Source of the DNA: Prorocentrum cordatum
Lineage: Eukaryota
DNA length: 64,000 bases
Assembly: GCA_963575745.1 (NCBI GenBank)
Contig: CAUYUJ010000139.1
Location: forward strand, 1 to 64,000
Direction of reading: 5' to 3'
Shown here: piece after piece, positions 1-12,965 of the stretch
Numbering within the stretch: position 1 is the stretch's first letter
Layout of the letters: every line of letters begins with the position of its first letter
Position numbers and translations under genes: made by a program
The notes under the pieces: generated by a model
What the model was told of the DNA's origin: nothing
What the model saw: the letters and a program-made list of their open reading frames with translations, nothing else
Database searches by the model: none

Positions 1-177
1 GGAGGAGGAGGAGGAGGAGGGGGAGGAGGAGGATAAGACGCTGATGGACGCGGCCGCGCGTCGCACAGGCCGGCACTAAAACATGGGTAGGCCAGATTGG
101 CCCGCCCTCCTGCCATCAAGACGTGCGCCAGCCCACCAAAGGATCACGGCTACGCACGAGGCACAGAAAACGAGGCC

Positions 178-1299
178 CTAAGCCTCTCGAGACACGTCCC
201 TGATAAGACGCACCCAGGAAACCTCGGGATCGGAGGCCATCAAGGGCCTCGGGGCCGAAGGGAAAACGCGTCCACCCACCCGTCCCTCGTCAGCGGGGTG
301 GGCCCCCGCGAGCAACAACCGTCGGTTTCGGGCGGCACGTTCAGAAACAAAATTGGGGTTGACATCGCACTGGAGCAATAGGTGTCCCGCGGCTCCCGTG
401 GTATAAATCCCGCAAGAGACGCATAACACACAGCGGCCAGGCGCAACCCAAAGGCGGTGGCCTCTTGAGGCCTGCGCTGGGACGATCCCCAGACGCGGGA
501 TGGCCTCCAGAGGCGCCACGTACTCAGCCTTCGCGGGCCGATTGTTCCTACCTGGCCCACTGCGTCGCCTCTTAGGCGGCGGGAGGAACGCAGGACCCTC
601 TCGCTCAGGCACCCCTGAAATTCCTAAGTGACCTACATGATCGACTCGGGCAACCGCCATCTCCATCTCAGCTCTGTCAGCCGAGGAGGTGTATGTGGTG
701 TGATCAAACTCAACCCTCCTACGAGTGACAGCAGCACCTGCGATATCTTCATTCGGTCGCTTCCTGCCCTCCTGTCCGTTCCTGAGAGTCCCATGAAAGT
801 CCTGGGAGGCAACGGAGGCCGGACCACTGATGTCACCGCCATCACCATCGCGATGTGGCGATGACGAGGATGGCAACTCAGCAGCCACGCCACAGGTCCG
901 AGGAAGCTCACCACACACCTGGCCCGTTGGGCCAGCTCTTTCTTTCGGAAGGCAGGACACCCCGTGAAACTCTACTGCGGAGGTCTCCTGAGTGGTCCTG
1001 GCGTGACATAGCATAACCTGCAACTTCGCACGGGTGACGGGATTGCGTGTGCCTCGGCGACAGTATAAGCAGCGAGAAAACTTCGCACCATCCTCGAAAA
1101 CATGGCACGCATGCTTGGGCGGCGGCGGGCCGTCAACCTTGGACACCCGCATCGGATGGCTCCGCCGCCGCACTCGCTTGTGCGTGTCAACCCGCCCCGT
1201 GGAGGCATGATGCATATGCGCCTGCGTGACCCAACTCAGGATACTCCTAGTGTGGCGCAAGGCGAGTTTCATCGCCTTGATCTGTGGCTGGCTGGGGGC
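178..1299 (-). pseudogene. C-terminal extension of LINE ORF2 with two H...CxxC...C putative zinc fingers
   Basis: HVFEDGAKFSRCLYCRRG...LC and GHRLWVAPGRCVLCVSCGIYT...LLLQC, in frame after RNase H. Confidence 0.6.
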
Positions 1300-1740
1300 A
1301 TGGATATCTCGGCCGCAGCAAGCAGCCTTGTCGGCCCAGCGATTCGCTCGAGCCTCCTGGGAAGACCCCGTCTGGTGGCCTTTCACATGGGAGACGCGGA
1401 GGTCGGCGGTGAGACCACCGAGGTCTTGCACCTTGTGCCAGATGGCCTTCCAAATATCCGAGTTAGGCCGCCTCGGGCCACATGTGTACTCGGGCCCCCT
1501 AGCCAAGCCCTCTACAACGCCTCAATAATCTGCATGGATATGTACAGGGAGTATGCATAACTCGAGAACTTTCAAAACCGCGTGTAGCTCAGCCCTCGGG
1601 GGACTCTGAATGGGGCCTGGTAAGGCGCCGTACACCATGAGCTCGATATTGCGTGCACTTGACGAAGGCCCAACCCGCACGAGACGATACAGGCCAGCAC
1701 CATAGTTTTCGGCACGCCCCGTCAGTGTAGATGTCTCCTG
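1300..1740 (-). pseudogene. LINE RNase H domain (frameshifted)
   Basis: IYTDGAC (1712-1732), RAGWAFV, PRAELHAV (~1575-1600), HAD, NSDIWKAIW, VSHVKGH, NRWADKAA. All four acidic catalytic positions are recognisable across frames. Confidence 0.88.
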
Positions 1741-2739
1741 TGGTCATCTCAAGGGAGCCATATTCGACGTGCCAGCGCTCGGAGTCGTCGCGCGGAGGCA
1801 AGGCAGGAAAGCTGGACCGAGTGGCCATGCCGCGCGCGTAGAGCCAGGATCCCCTCGTTGGTTGCAAGAAGCCTGCCCAATCAATGCTGGCTGTGGCCTG
1901 CTGTCGCTGCCGTTCTCTACTTGGACATTCCTAGACAATGTGATACTGGTCGCAATCTTCCGCATCACAATGGGGACAGCATGACGTAGCAGCATAGCCT
2001 AAGCGATAAAGCCGAGACGGGGCCCGAAAGCCCCCGCCCACAATGGTACGAAGCATAGCACTTTCATTGAAGGAAAGGATGCGCCGTGAACCAAGGGTCT
2101 CCCCCTCAGACATGTCCTCATCACTTTCAGGAGGGTCACCAGGGGCCGCGCGCAGAAGCGCTAGGATTGGTTCCATCCAGTAACCTCGGGGCCCTTTGGG
2201 TGCCATTCCATCATCAGCAGGGTTAGGTCGACTGGCCCAAGACTCCCACATCTTGCGAACGGCAGCGGCCCGAGCCAGGTCCCGAACACTTACGGGTGCG
2301 ATCGTGCGCGACGTCACCTAGGTCCGTTATGAGAGTAAAAGCTGAAATCGAGCGCCATCCACTGTCTCGGGTCGCAAGTAACATAGCACCTGTTGTGCCC
2401 GCAACCGGACGCCAAGGTTTGGCATCGGTGAATGCTCGAAATACTTGTCGTTGCCAGGCCTTTTGCGGCACATCGTGAGAGATAGCACTGCCCTGAACCA
2501 GGAGAGCCCATTGATCAATCGGCTGGGTCCAACACTGGGCCTGAGGATCCTCAGACATGGAACCCTGAAGGCAAGACGAAAGCCAGGCCGAGGAGGATGA
2601 TCCTGGGGTATACCACGTGCCTCTCAATGTGCTCCGCATTCGGTTGACGAGCGCAGGGGGGGGGCGCCATGCACCCCTACACCATATTGCATTGCTGGTG
2701 GGTGTGCCTGCCGTGCATCCGTTCCCGAAGTCGCCGATG

Positions 2740-3700
2740 CGATAGCCTGCGACCCGCCGCGGCCTCCACTCCCAAAGCTTCTAAGACAGCGGCGTACCGA
2801 AATCCTTTTCGACGAAGCCGATGAGCAACAGCACGACCGACCTGCGGATCCGAAGACGTGACCGTCATCTTGTGTGATGCTGGGGTGAGTTCAATCTCCA
2901 AGAGGGTGTCAACCAACTGCGCGAGGAACTCAATCGACGACTCGACAATGGACTTCCGCTCCGCTGTAACTGCAACTGTGATGTCATCGACGCACAGGTC
3001 AACCGTGCGACCGATCGAAGACGTGCTCGATACGAACTCATCGAAGGGCGAGAGTATTACAAGCTGCAGACAGAACATTGCCAGCGGACACCCTGGCAGC
3101 ACTCCTCTAGTGGCTCGCACCTGTCGCGAGTAGGTAGATTCCCAAGAAAGACGCCTTCCACTGGCATACATTCCCAATGCGAGCACCAATAATCGGGCAG
3201 GAAATTGATGGGTGAGACCAGCACGCAGCAGTATGACCCAAGGCACTCGATCGAAACACTTTTCAATATCGATTATGGCCTGCACCGCGGCGAGCCCGTC
3301 GGGGCCCACGTCAGCGGCCTCCGCTTGGACCGACAATCGGGCCGCTACATCTGCGGTCGACTTGCAAGTGCCTAGGGCAATATGTGACCTCCCCAAACGG
3401 CTGGCCCAGCTCCGAGCCCACTCCAGACGCGCCTTATCCCATAATCGATACAACGAGTTGAGTAAGGCGATCGGCCTGTATCCACCTGATGGTTTGGCCA
3501 ACACTACGATGTGAACATGTCGTAGGATGCGAGGCCAGATGCCCCATGCCTCGCAAAGGCGGAGAATGTATCCTAGTAGGGATAAGGCTCCATTGCTTGC
3601 TAGATGCCAGTGTCGGGGTCGAAACTGGTCTGCGCCTACGGCTGTAGCCGATGGGAACCTCAGGGCGGCCTTCCGAAGGCCCATGATCTTCAGGGGGGGG
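2740..3700 (-). pseudogene. LINE reverse transcriptase domain; catalytic YxDD reads CVDD
   Basis: ORF 2677..4248: AVGAD, LAKPSGGYRPIALL, IIDIEKCFDRV, RGVLPGCPLA, LCVDDITV (2983-2994), LGV. A frameshift near 3780 separates it from the endonuclease/linker frame. Confidence 0.92.
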
Positions 3701-4669
3701 GGGGGGGTACCTGGGTCCGCGATCCAGCAGCTCCCCAAGAAGCCCCCCGGCTTCGCCCGTAGCGCCTCCAAGACATCCAGATGAGCCGTCTGATGGCCCT
3801 TCGACGCCCTCCCAGATTTTTGACCAGAAGCTACACTGCGATTCAGCGATATCCCGTGGACAACTGGGCAGGCCGTTGACTGTGCGGACCGTAGAAAGTT
3901 GCCAACCCTTCGGTTTGGTCCACCGATGTACAGCCCCAGGAGTGGTCTTGAGTGACTTACGCACCCACTTCTTGAAAGACTGTGCTCGCGCATCTGCGAG
4001 GCGTCGCTCGTCACGCTGAGCGATCTTACCGAGGAAGTCACTCGCGAACCGCAACATGTAGGGATACATACGTTCGGGCTGCGTCGTAATGCACGTGAGC
4101 ATGTGAATGAGAACATGAACGATATGCGGGTTGATGTGCTTCCGAAGACGACCATCCTGACCCCGTCCACCCATGAAGTCAGACAAGTGATGACATGCCC
4201 GCGCGCACGCTTGCATATTGTGCTTGTCATGCTGAAGGCGTAGATCATTCATATGTGCCTGTAGTATGCGCAGCGCACGCGTCTGCTGTGTCCCTGCAGG
4301 CTGCTGGCGGTTGAGAGCACCCCCTGCTGTTGCATGCGCATAGTGTGGGCCGTCGGCACGGCCACGGAACGCTGCATCTGGCTGCTCAGTGTGGAAAAGC
4401 GGGGCAAGCTCACGCTCCACTCCATCATGTAGGGCGGCCGTGAGATCCTGCAAGCGCTGGTCACGATTCGTAACATCACCATGCCCCTTCTCAGAATCAC
4501 GCCGCATGAGGTTGATCCAGTCCACGCTGGAGTGACCACGCTGGAAATAGCAAGGCTCATCATCCGCATCTACCTGCTCAACAGATGCCGTAGTGGGCTT
4601 CGGCGGAAAGACGGCAGGCCCTTGCAGTCGGCAAAGCTGTTGACCACGAGGGTGCGGCCCGAGCGGAAC

Positions 4670-5326
4670 TGCCATAGGAAAGTGCTGCCTTGCGGGAAAC
4701 CCGCCCACTCGGGTCGGCTGCTGTAGCACCGTCGTGAGGAAGTCAGAGACCATCCAGTAGTCTAGGGTAGACAAGTTCCCTGTGGCAGGGTCTTTGTAGG
4801 TTCCTTGTTTCCCTGCATGAATAACTGCCCGCAGTCGCAGTGGATAGTCAGAGTTGACCATGGCATCGGGCGGGGCATTCCAATCTCCTGCCACGACGAA
4901 CGGCGTCGCACAGTAACTGGGAAGCGCACCGAGATGCGCGAGCCGTGCCGTGTTACGTCCCCCGAGTCGCTGACCTTGTTCCAGGTGCAGAGGTGCTGCG
5001 AGGAAACCACCCCGCATGCCCGCTTGCACAATCACACCGACTGCATATCCTAGAATAATCGTGTGTCCTCGGACCATCCCTTCCAGTGGGATTACATGTA
5101 TGTTCTTGCGGACGAAGAGACCGACGCCTGCAGTGAAGTGGCCCGTGTCTGTCGGGATCGCATCTGAAATGAACGGTTGCCAGCCGTTCCTCGCACGCCA
5201 TTCTTCAGCAATCAGTCGGCGAGGCCCATGTAAATGTAGCTCCTGGGCGGCGACGATGGAGTAGCCGCGAGTGGTCTGCAGGAAGTCCTGAAGCTGAGGC
5301 CATCCTGAGCTGTTGAATGTGACCAT
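4670..5326 (-). pseudogene. LINE APE-type (exonuclease/endonuclease/phosphatase) endonuclease domain
   Basis: Motifs in ORF 3434..7033: VTFN, AAQELHL, GVGLFV, VVAGDWN, TLDYWMVS, QHFPM. Confidence 0.85.
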
Positions 5327-6092
5327 GCATAGGTCGGCAGTCCGCTTCGGCGCTCTGTGCCGCAGCCTGCCTGGTCCAGCATCGTGGCGGACGAACACCT
5401 CCCTGTTAGCCTGCGAGTTACATGCCGCATCCGAACCCTCCCCTGGCCGACCACTGGCAAGCAGAGGAGGCGAAGCCTGAGGCTTCTGTTCAGACTTGGC
5501 ACCGACGCCCGCAGACGGGATTGAGGATTCCCTTTGCGTCCCATTCGAGCTGCAGGCTGCGGTGGCTTGCGTCGACTCGCCTGTCTCGATCCCATTGTCA
5601 CTCGATCTCAATTGTATCCGTGCTTCCCACGTCGCAAGGTCGATACCCGCCAAAACTGTGGTACTGTCACGTCCCTGAGGTAGCTGAGCTTCTGCATGGG
5701 GATAGCACACGTTGTGCGCCCCTGTTGCAGGCAAAACTGCTCGCACTCCAGGTTGTGGGAGCCGCTGTGAACCAAAACCGTCATCAGGATGACTGCGTTC
5801 GATCGGCCCCAAAGGTAGGATGCTTCCGTCCGCGTGCTGTCGCGGCATAGTGTTAGCGAGCTCGACAACGCCGATGTGCGTCGAGATCGCCAGGCAAACG
5901 ATGCCACTGTCAGTGTCACGTGCCGTCACGCTGGCCCAGGTCCATGTCCCGATCCTCAGAGGGAATCTGTGCGTCCCATGCCGTGGGTGTGTCTGGTACT
6001 GGTACTGTGTGGGCCACTGCAGTCGCTGATGAGGATGGCGGTGCCCGCTGTCGGGCAAACGCTGCACGTAGTTCGTGGAACTGCTTCGAGAG

Positions 6093-6836
6093 CTACTCAA
6101 TGTACGTGGCCTCGTTGCCAGCAGTGACACTGCTTGCGGCCTGCACAATTCGCCCAAGACGTTCCAGTGACTCGTCCATCTCACCATGTGATGCAGCTCC
6201 AGTGCTGACAGAAGACGCCGTGCCCGAGGTGGCCAGGACAGCAGCTCGTGCAACCTGAACTTCTGACGTGATGGCGCCCAGCTCGTCCTTGGCGACCTTG
6301 AGCTCTGCTGATTTGGTGGTGAATGCCTGCTCCAGCTCCGCCACGGCCGCCGTGAGGATCTCGACCTCCCGCGTCTTTTGCTGCTGTCGGTCCAACGCCC
6401 TGCGCAACTGATCGTCGGGTGTGCGACTGGCGCGCTCCACTTCCTCTGCCTCATGTAACTCACGCTTGGCGGCCACCAAGAGGCTGGAGGACTCGTCGAT
6501 GCCAAGCCTCTTGAGCGCTGATACGGCCTTTCGGGCCCGTGACACCGCAGCTGTAGACGTATGCTCGTCGGGCTCAGCATCTGCATGAGAGCGTTCCCTT
6601 CTGGCGCTGCTGCCTCCGCGCGGCCTGCTGCCCGCGCGCCGAGGAGCTGGTGAGCGGCCAGATCGTCGCTCAAGAGGGCCAGCTGGGTCTGGTTTTCCTG
6701 CACGGTCCCGGCCGCACTTGTAGCACCGATTGTTGCTGGCGAAGTTCTTCTGGTACCCGCATTGGCGAGTAGCAGCACAAGCCCAACGAGGCTCCACTTG
6801 AACCGCATCCTTGGACTTAGTCGATCGACCTGCCAT
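6093..6836 (-). CDS. LINE ORF1-like protein with RanBP2-type zinc finger and coiled coil (stop at 6093 may be premature)
   Basis: WACAATRQCGYQKNFASNNRCYKCG matches the W-x-C..C..N..C-x2-C pattern. It is followed by a heptad-like segment LRRALDRQQQKTREVEILTAAVAELEQAF and lies upstream of the endonuclease. Confidence 0.75.
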   Translation of the reverse strand: MAGRSTKSKDAVQVEPRWACAATRQCGYQKNFASNNRCYKCGRDRAGKPDPAGPLERRSGRSPAPRRAGSRPRGGSSARRERSHADAEPDEHTSTAAVSRARKAVSALKRLGIDESSSLLVAAKRELHEAEEVERASRTPDDQLRRALDRQQQKTREVEILTAAVAELEQAFTTKSAELKVAKDELGAITSEVQVARAAVLATSGTASSVSTGAASHGEMDESLERLGRIVQAASSVTAGNEATYIE

Positions 6837-7119
6837 GCACAGCCCTGGCGGCTGCGAACCGTGATGTCCTGCCAGGAGTGATCGTGCCGCCTCGACCTGT
6901 AGCAGGTGCCGTGCCGAGGCCCTCGCTCTGCGCAGCCTCCGATGCCACGATGGGGGCGGCGTACGCCGTCGCCAGCCAAGCGTCCTGCCAGGTGCCTCAC
7001 AGCGCCGCCCGCGGGGAGCAGCCCAGGGCGCACAGCAGCGCGGCGGACGCCGCAGCGCAGGGGCCGATCGCGCGCACGCGCGCGGGCGCCCTGCTGGGGG
7101 TGGGGACCCTCGACCCCTT

Positions 7120-7461
7120 GATGATGATGATGAGGAGGATGAGGAGGAGGAGGATATTCAGGAGGAGGAGGAGGAGGTGGAGGAGAGGAGGACGAGGAGG
7201 TGGAGGAGAAGCAGTGAGGAGGAGTGGGAAGGAGGAGGCTGTTGAGGATGAGGAGGATGAGGAGGAGAAGGAGGAGAAGGAGGAGGAGGAGAAGAAGGGG
7301 GAGGAGTTGGAGGAGGAGGAGGAGAAGGAGGAGGGAGAAGGAGGAAGAGGAGGAGGAGGAGGGGTGATGAGAAGGAGATGGAGGAGGATGAGGAGGAGGA
7401 TGAGGAGGAGGAGGACAGAGGGATGAGGAGGATGAGGAGGAGGATAAGGAGGAGGTGGAGG
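7120..7461 (+). repeat. (GAT)/(GGA)n degenerate microsatellite flanking the LINE 5' end
   Basis: Direct inspection. Confidence 0.95.
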
Positions 7462-9438
7462 AAAGTCAAGTAAGGAACGGAGGGGATTATCTGGCCACGG
7501 CGGGCTTTGGCCGCGAAAAGTTTTCCCGATCTGGATCTACATAAGGAGCAGCGTGAAGACTAGAACCCTCCCTCAGTCCAAAGTGGTTCTCATTTCGGCG
7601 TTTCAGCTGTACGTGCTCTTGGAGGTCGGCTTCGACCTCAGAGAGGGCGACGCGCTTGTCTTGAGGTCGACCTCGGGCGCGCAGCTCTCTCCGAAGCCGA
7701 GTTAGGGTTCCACAAGCACATATTTTTTCTGAGGCCCCTCCCCCTTTGCTCTTGCTTCTAACCCACCCCCTTCTATTCCTCCTCCTGCTCCTCCTCCTCC
7801 TCCTGTCCAATCGGGCGCGTATCATGAGTCTTCCGCACCAGGGCCACGGGCCCGGCAATGTGCCAGTGGACCCCTCCGTCGCCTTCGTCGATTCTCGGAC
7901 TCACGGAGCCGGTGGCCTGCCGCGGATAGGATCCCCCCTCAGGTCACATGCTGATCCACCTCGTCCTCCCCCTCATCCTCGCCCTTCCTCCTCGTCCTTC
8001 TCCTCACCCCTCCTCCTCCTCGTCCTTCTCGTCCTTCTCCTCATCCTCATGCTCGTCCTTCTCCTCGTCCTTCCTCCTCGTCCTTCCTCCTCGTCCTCAT
8101 CCTCGTCCTCCTCCTCACTCCTCCTCCTCGCCCTTCCTCCCGAGTGGTCGCCGGCGGAGGGCGGCCGGCGGGTGCTCCCTCGCCCGAGGTGCGCAGGCCC
8201 GTGCCCTGCCGAGATGGAAGCGCCCGCCTTGGCGGCTGCTGGGCACAGACATCCAGCTGCTCCAATTTTTTCGCTGCGTGGGCCCCGCTTCCCCATGGGC
8301 CCGGTTTTTTCGTCCCGAGTCGCGTGTTGGCGGTCCCGAGGCCCGGCGAGCGTCCCCAGAGGCCGAAGTCGGGCAAAAGCCGCCCGCTCCAATTCTTTGG
8401 GAGCGTCGGATCTCTGGGGAGGCGCATCGGTCTGCGTCCTCCTCCATCGTTCCCTCCCTCCTCGCTCCCTTCTCTCCGTCTCTCCGTCCCTCCTCCTTTC
8501 GGACGGGGCTAGGACGATGATAAGCCCGTTTCAGAGCGTTCGGAAAAGCTCTCAGAATTTTCCAGAACGCTCTGAGAAGGCCGCGGCGCCCGAGACATCC
8601 TCCAGAGCCGCTGGATCTCGGAGATTGTAATCGTTTTCTTTTTCATTGTTTTGCCAATCGGCGCGGGCCCTCGCAACCCCACCATGAAATCGATATTTGG
8701 CCGTTTTTGGCGCTTGTTTCAGGCAGGTTGGGTCTCCCCCACCGGACGCACTGTTGCAAACAGTCGCATAAAGCAGAGGTCCGGATGCCGACCCCCCCTT
8801 TCCCCCCCCACTTCCGCCCAATATCGAAACGCCGAAGAAGAAAACGTTCACATTCTCGATTCATGCTCACTCGAACTTATCCTCGTCCTGGCCTCGTCTC
8901 GTCCGCTTCTTCCGCCCCAAGGCCGCTCCCGTGGCTCGTCCCCAGCCCTCCTTCTGCCCCTGGCTGACGCTCCTTGTCCCCCTTCGTCGTCGTCGTTGTC
9001 GTTGTCCTCGTCGTCTTCCTCCTCGTCATCGTCGTCCCCCCTCGTCGTCGTCATTTTCCCCCTGGTCCTCCTCGTCCTCGTCCCCCCTTCGTGCTCCTTG
9101 TCCCTCTTCGTCGTCGTCGTCGTCGTCGTCAAGGTCGTCGTCTTCGTCGTCGTCGTCATTGTCTTTGTCCTAATTGTCCTTCTCTTCCTTCGTTCTGTGC
9201 GTGCGAGCAAGCAGACAACTGTCATTCCCACTTCGCTCTGCTCCCTGCTCGCGTGTGCCCAGACACCCGACGCTCCAAACAAATTGGAGCGGGCGTTTTT
9301 TTTGCCTGAATTCGGAATCCAGGGACCCCTCCCCAGTTCTCGGGACCGTCAAAAAGCGATTCAGGACGAACAACCGGCCCTAGGGAAGTGGTCCAGACCT
9401 CCGGGGCCCACGCATCGAACAACAATTGAGTAGCCTGA

Positions 9439-9786
9439 TGTGTGTGTGTGTGTGTGTGTGTGTTTCTGTGTGTGTGTGGCGCTCCCCCTGCCGCTGCCGG
9501 CAGCTCTGAGTGGCCCGGCTTCCTCTCTCCCCGTCGCGCCGGGTTTTTTCCTCCCCCCGTGCATTGCAGCCCTAATTTGCATACAGCGCGTTTTTTGTTG
9601 CCTTTCCGCCGGAGCAGTCGACCTCTGCCCATCCGCCGACGCAAAAGTGTGTGTGTGCGCGCGCGTGTGTGTGTGTGTGTGTGCGTGTGTGTGTGTGTGT
9701 GTCTGTGTGCCTGTGTGTGTGTGTGTGCGTGTGCGTGTGCGTGTGCGTGTGCGTGTGCGTGTGCGTGTGCGTGTGTGCGTGTGTGT
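9439..9786 (+). repeat. (GT)n and (GTGTGC)n microsatellites, two tracts with unique sequence between
   Basis: Direct inspection. Confidence 0.9.
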
Positions 9787-10849
9787 TCTCGCAGACCTTA
9801 CCCCTCTTGCAGGTGGCGTCACCCTGAATGTCGGGGATGAGGCCGCAGCTCCGATATGCCGCCTCCGGGGGAGCAGAGTGGGGCGATGGGGATGGCAAGA
9901 GACGCGAGAACGAGGTAGTGGGAAGGGAATGGGGCATCGGTTACATTTCTAGTGGCTCTCGGCCCATCTCGCCACCGTGAATAAGTAGGTCGGACCCCAA
10001 AAGGCCTCTCGGGGGCCTTCTCGGGGGGCTCTTTGAGTTCTCTTGGGGCATCGTGGTGGCTTCTTTGGGCCTCTCGGGGCCTCTTGGGCACCCCTCGGGG
10101 GCCCGCTGGCGGTCTCGGGGGCCATCTGGGGTGGAGGGCTTCAAATGCCAGTTCGAGGTTCCCCTTTTGGGCCCCTGCCCCCCCGCGCTGATTGAGATTT
10201 CGCAAAACGTGCGTCGGCGGGCCCCCGCGGAGGGAGGAGGGAGGAGGGAGGGAGGAAAAGGAATCATTGTTAGCTCTCTCGCCCGTGTCTGGATCCGGGT
10301 TTTGAAGTTCTTGGGCGGAGGAAGGGAGGTGAGGGAGGGCGAGTGTGGCTTTAGTCGGCAGCGACTCCAGGGAGGCGGCCCGGACTCAGCGGCGAGTCGG
10401 CTTGGCTCGCAGCGGTAGCGCAGGTCTCCTTGTTGGTCTCTGTTGGTGAGATCGAGTGGTTGTGTTCTCCGCGGTTGAGGGCCAGGTCGCTGTAGTCGTT
10501 CCTCCTCCTCCTCCTCCTCCTCCTCCTGGTCCTCCTCCTTCTGGTCCTCCTCCAGGTGGGGGGGGCACGAGGCATGCCCCCCCCATCCCAAGCAGCGTCC
10601 CAAGTAGCGTCCTCCTCCTCCTCCTCCTCCTCCTGAAACCTCATCCACCACCACCTCCTCCTACTACTCATCCTTCTCCTCCTTCTCCTCTTCCTCCTCC
10701 CCCCTCTGCTGAGGGCATCACCATCCCCAAGTGGGGTAACCAGTCAGCCTACTCGACTCTTGGTCACGCTCCGTCTCCTCCCCTGTGCTGCAGCTGGCCC
10801 CCCTCGATCAGGCGTACGACGCATGCCTGTTTCCCACACCCGACAGTCT

Positions 10850-12260
10850 ATATACACATGCATAATTACACACATACGCAAGCATAACATTTCACGTTAC
10901 TATCTTACGGCATTTAGAAGTATCTTATGTTACAGTGCCTTATCTACTGTTTTATCATATCTGAGTGTGCCCGAGTTTTCACGGAATTACGCTGAATTGC
11001 AGTATCTAATTGTGTGCTGTACATGATTAACTCTAGCTCGCATGATGTGGCATTACGTAATATGATTTTCATTTTTACAAGTAATTATACTGCACTCTAG
11101 TATATTGTGTTATACGAATGCAAATGCGATCTAACAGTAGATCGTGGCACATCAGCCTGTGTCATCTGTATGGTACTTACGCGCATTTTAGTGTAGCTCA
11201 TTTCATTTGATTATACAGTGTGTTGTTATATTGTATTCTGCTGGTGCATCATAATTTTCAGCATGCTATGTTCTATTTTAGCATGCTGCGCCACATCTTA
11301 TTATGTTAGGTTGGGTATGGTTGTGTAAGAATTGTGTGACATCATGCCGTATTGTAGTATGGTATTATCTGCTAAATCGTATGGTAACGTAGCAGCCGAT
11401 ATTCATCACTCTACATCATGTGATATTTCATGCTACCACATTGTGCCGTACCATATCATAGTATGGTATGGTATAATCGCTACGCCACCTTACTATATCA
11501 TACCAGCTCTGTTTTACATCTACGGTATGTTACTTTGTCTTAGTATCAACAGATGTGTGGTAACACCATTGCCTATGAAAGTAGATGCCCGCTTGTTTAC
11601 TATAATATGTGCTACTATATTTTCATCCTAGCATATTGTTACACATCATATCATTGTACATCACATCGTGTCATATGGTGTGTGCTATGATCTCGTATCA
11701 TCTATTGACATGCCTTTCATATTCTTCTTAACATGCAATATCCTAGCCTAACATACCATATACGGTTACATTACAGCATCTTGTACTACGCCGTACAACC
11801 ATATCACAGTATCTTGTACTTTGCATGTTGCATTGTATGGTATTCTTTGATATTGTGTAGTCGCCTCTTTTATTGTAGCGTATTATAGTTTATTCTATCT
11901 TTGTTTGTTGTATTAAAGTGTGTTGTAATATAGCACAATAGAGTGTATCCTATTCTAGTGTATTACAGTTCATTGTACCATACTCTATCATATTACATCC
12001 TACTCTATCGTATTGTTTGATAAGCTGTAATACCATACTGTTGCATTTTTTTAGACCATGCTATACTGTTATACCATACTGTTTGATAACCTGTTATACC
12101 ATACTGTTTGATAACCTGTTATACCATACATATCGTATTACAACCTGTTATACCATACTGTTAGATTGCACGTTTTTTCTAGGTATTTTAAGCATCGTGT
12201 GTGATGTCATGGTATGGTATCTGCTCTACATCCATGCACTGATTGTCTTTTTACAACCAA
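10850..12260. repeat. AT-rich, highly degenerate short-period (about 5-bp) repeat region
   Basis: Abrupt drop in GC, recurring tatac/atatt/tgtta words, and a local repeat ctgttataccatactgtttgataac near 12010-12165. Confidence 0.6.
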
Positions 12261-12807
12261 CACATCTGCCTCAGCCTCGCCCGCCTAGCCTTAGGTGGGC
12301 CCAGAGGATACTCCACATTGGTGGCTCGCTCGCTCGCCCCCGATCAGGCGCACCCTGTGCGCGTGCCCGACCTGGAGAGCCCGCGCATCCGAGCGGCGAC
12401 GCCGCCGTGCCCGCGCCGCTCCGAGGGGTCACCGGCGAGGGCGTCTCCGGCGGCCTGCCCGGCGGTCCTCGGCGACCTTCGGAGGCCCTCGGAGGCCTTC
12501 GGCGGCCTTCGGCGGTTCTTTGGATCCTTCGCAGGCCTTCAGAGGCCATCGGAAACCCTCAGGTCCTGGCGTCTCAATTTTATTGGGCCGGGCGTTTTCG
12601 CCTGGCTTCGGGCCCTGGGATCCTCACATATTGATCCGGTTTGAAAACTGGCGCAGAAAGGTGGGGTCTACGGCTCAGGACCCCTCGCCGTCGGGTGTGA
12701 GGGTCCCTCGGAGTCCCTCAGAGGCCCTCCGGAGGCTCTTCGGAGCCCCTCGGAGTCCCGGGGTCTCCTGGGGCCCCAGGAGACGATCGGAGGCGCTCGA
12801 AGGTTTA

Positions 12808-12965
12808 CAGTCAACCCGCATTGTAAGGATGAGCGACTTTCCTTGTATCCTTGCCCCTTCGGCCGATCCGTGGCGACTCGCTGGCCAGCCCCGCTCGAAA
12901 ACGCCAACATGGCTTTCCAAGGCCCTTGCATCCTTACCGCGCATCCTTCTTATACGGGTTGACTG
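12808..12965 (+). mobile_element. MITE with terminal inverted repeats (CAGTCAACCCG...CGGGTTGACTG), Tc1/mariner-like ends
   Basis: 11-bp perfect TIR, preceded by TA. The internal sequence is homologous to the reverse complement of 21495-21665. Confidence 0.75.

Larger units (their letters stand above)
34..7119 (-). mobile_element. Near-full-length non-LTR (LINE) retrotransposon, decayed by frameshifts and stops
   Basis: Ordered domains on the minus strand: ZnF/coiled-coil ORF1, APE endonuclease, RT, CxxC..H..C finger, RNase H, C-terminal Cys/His fingers. Both ends run into (GGA)n/(GAT)n microsatellite, so boundaries are approximate. Confidence 0.9.

Noticed and set aside
3434..7033. 1199-aa ORF as a single genuine protein
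   Set aside because: Its N-terminal part overlaps ORF1 in another frame and its C-terminus leaves the RT frame by frameshift. Only the endonuclease/linker part is recognisable.
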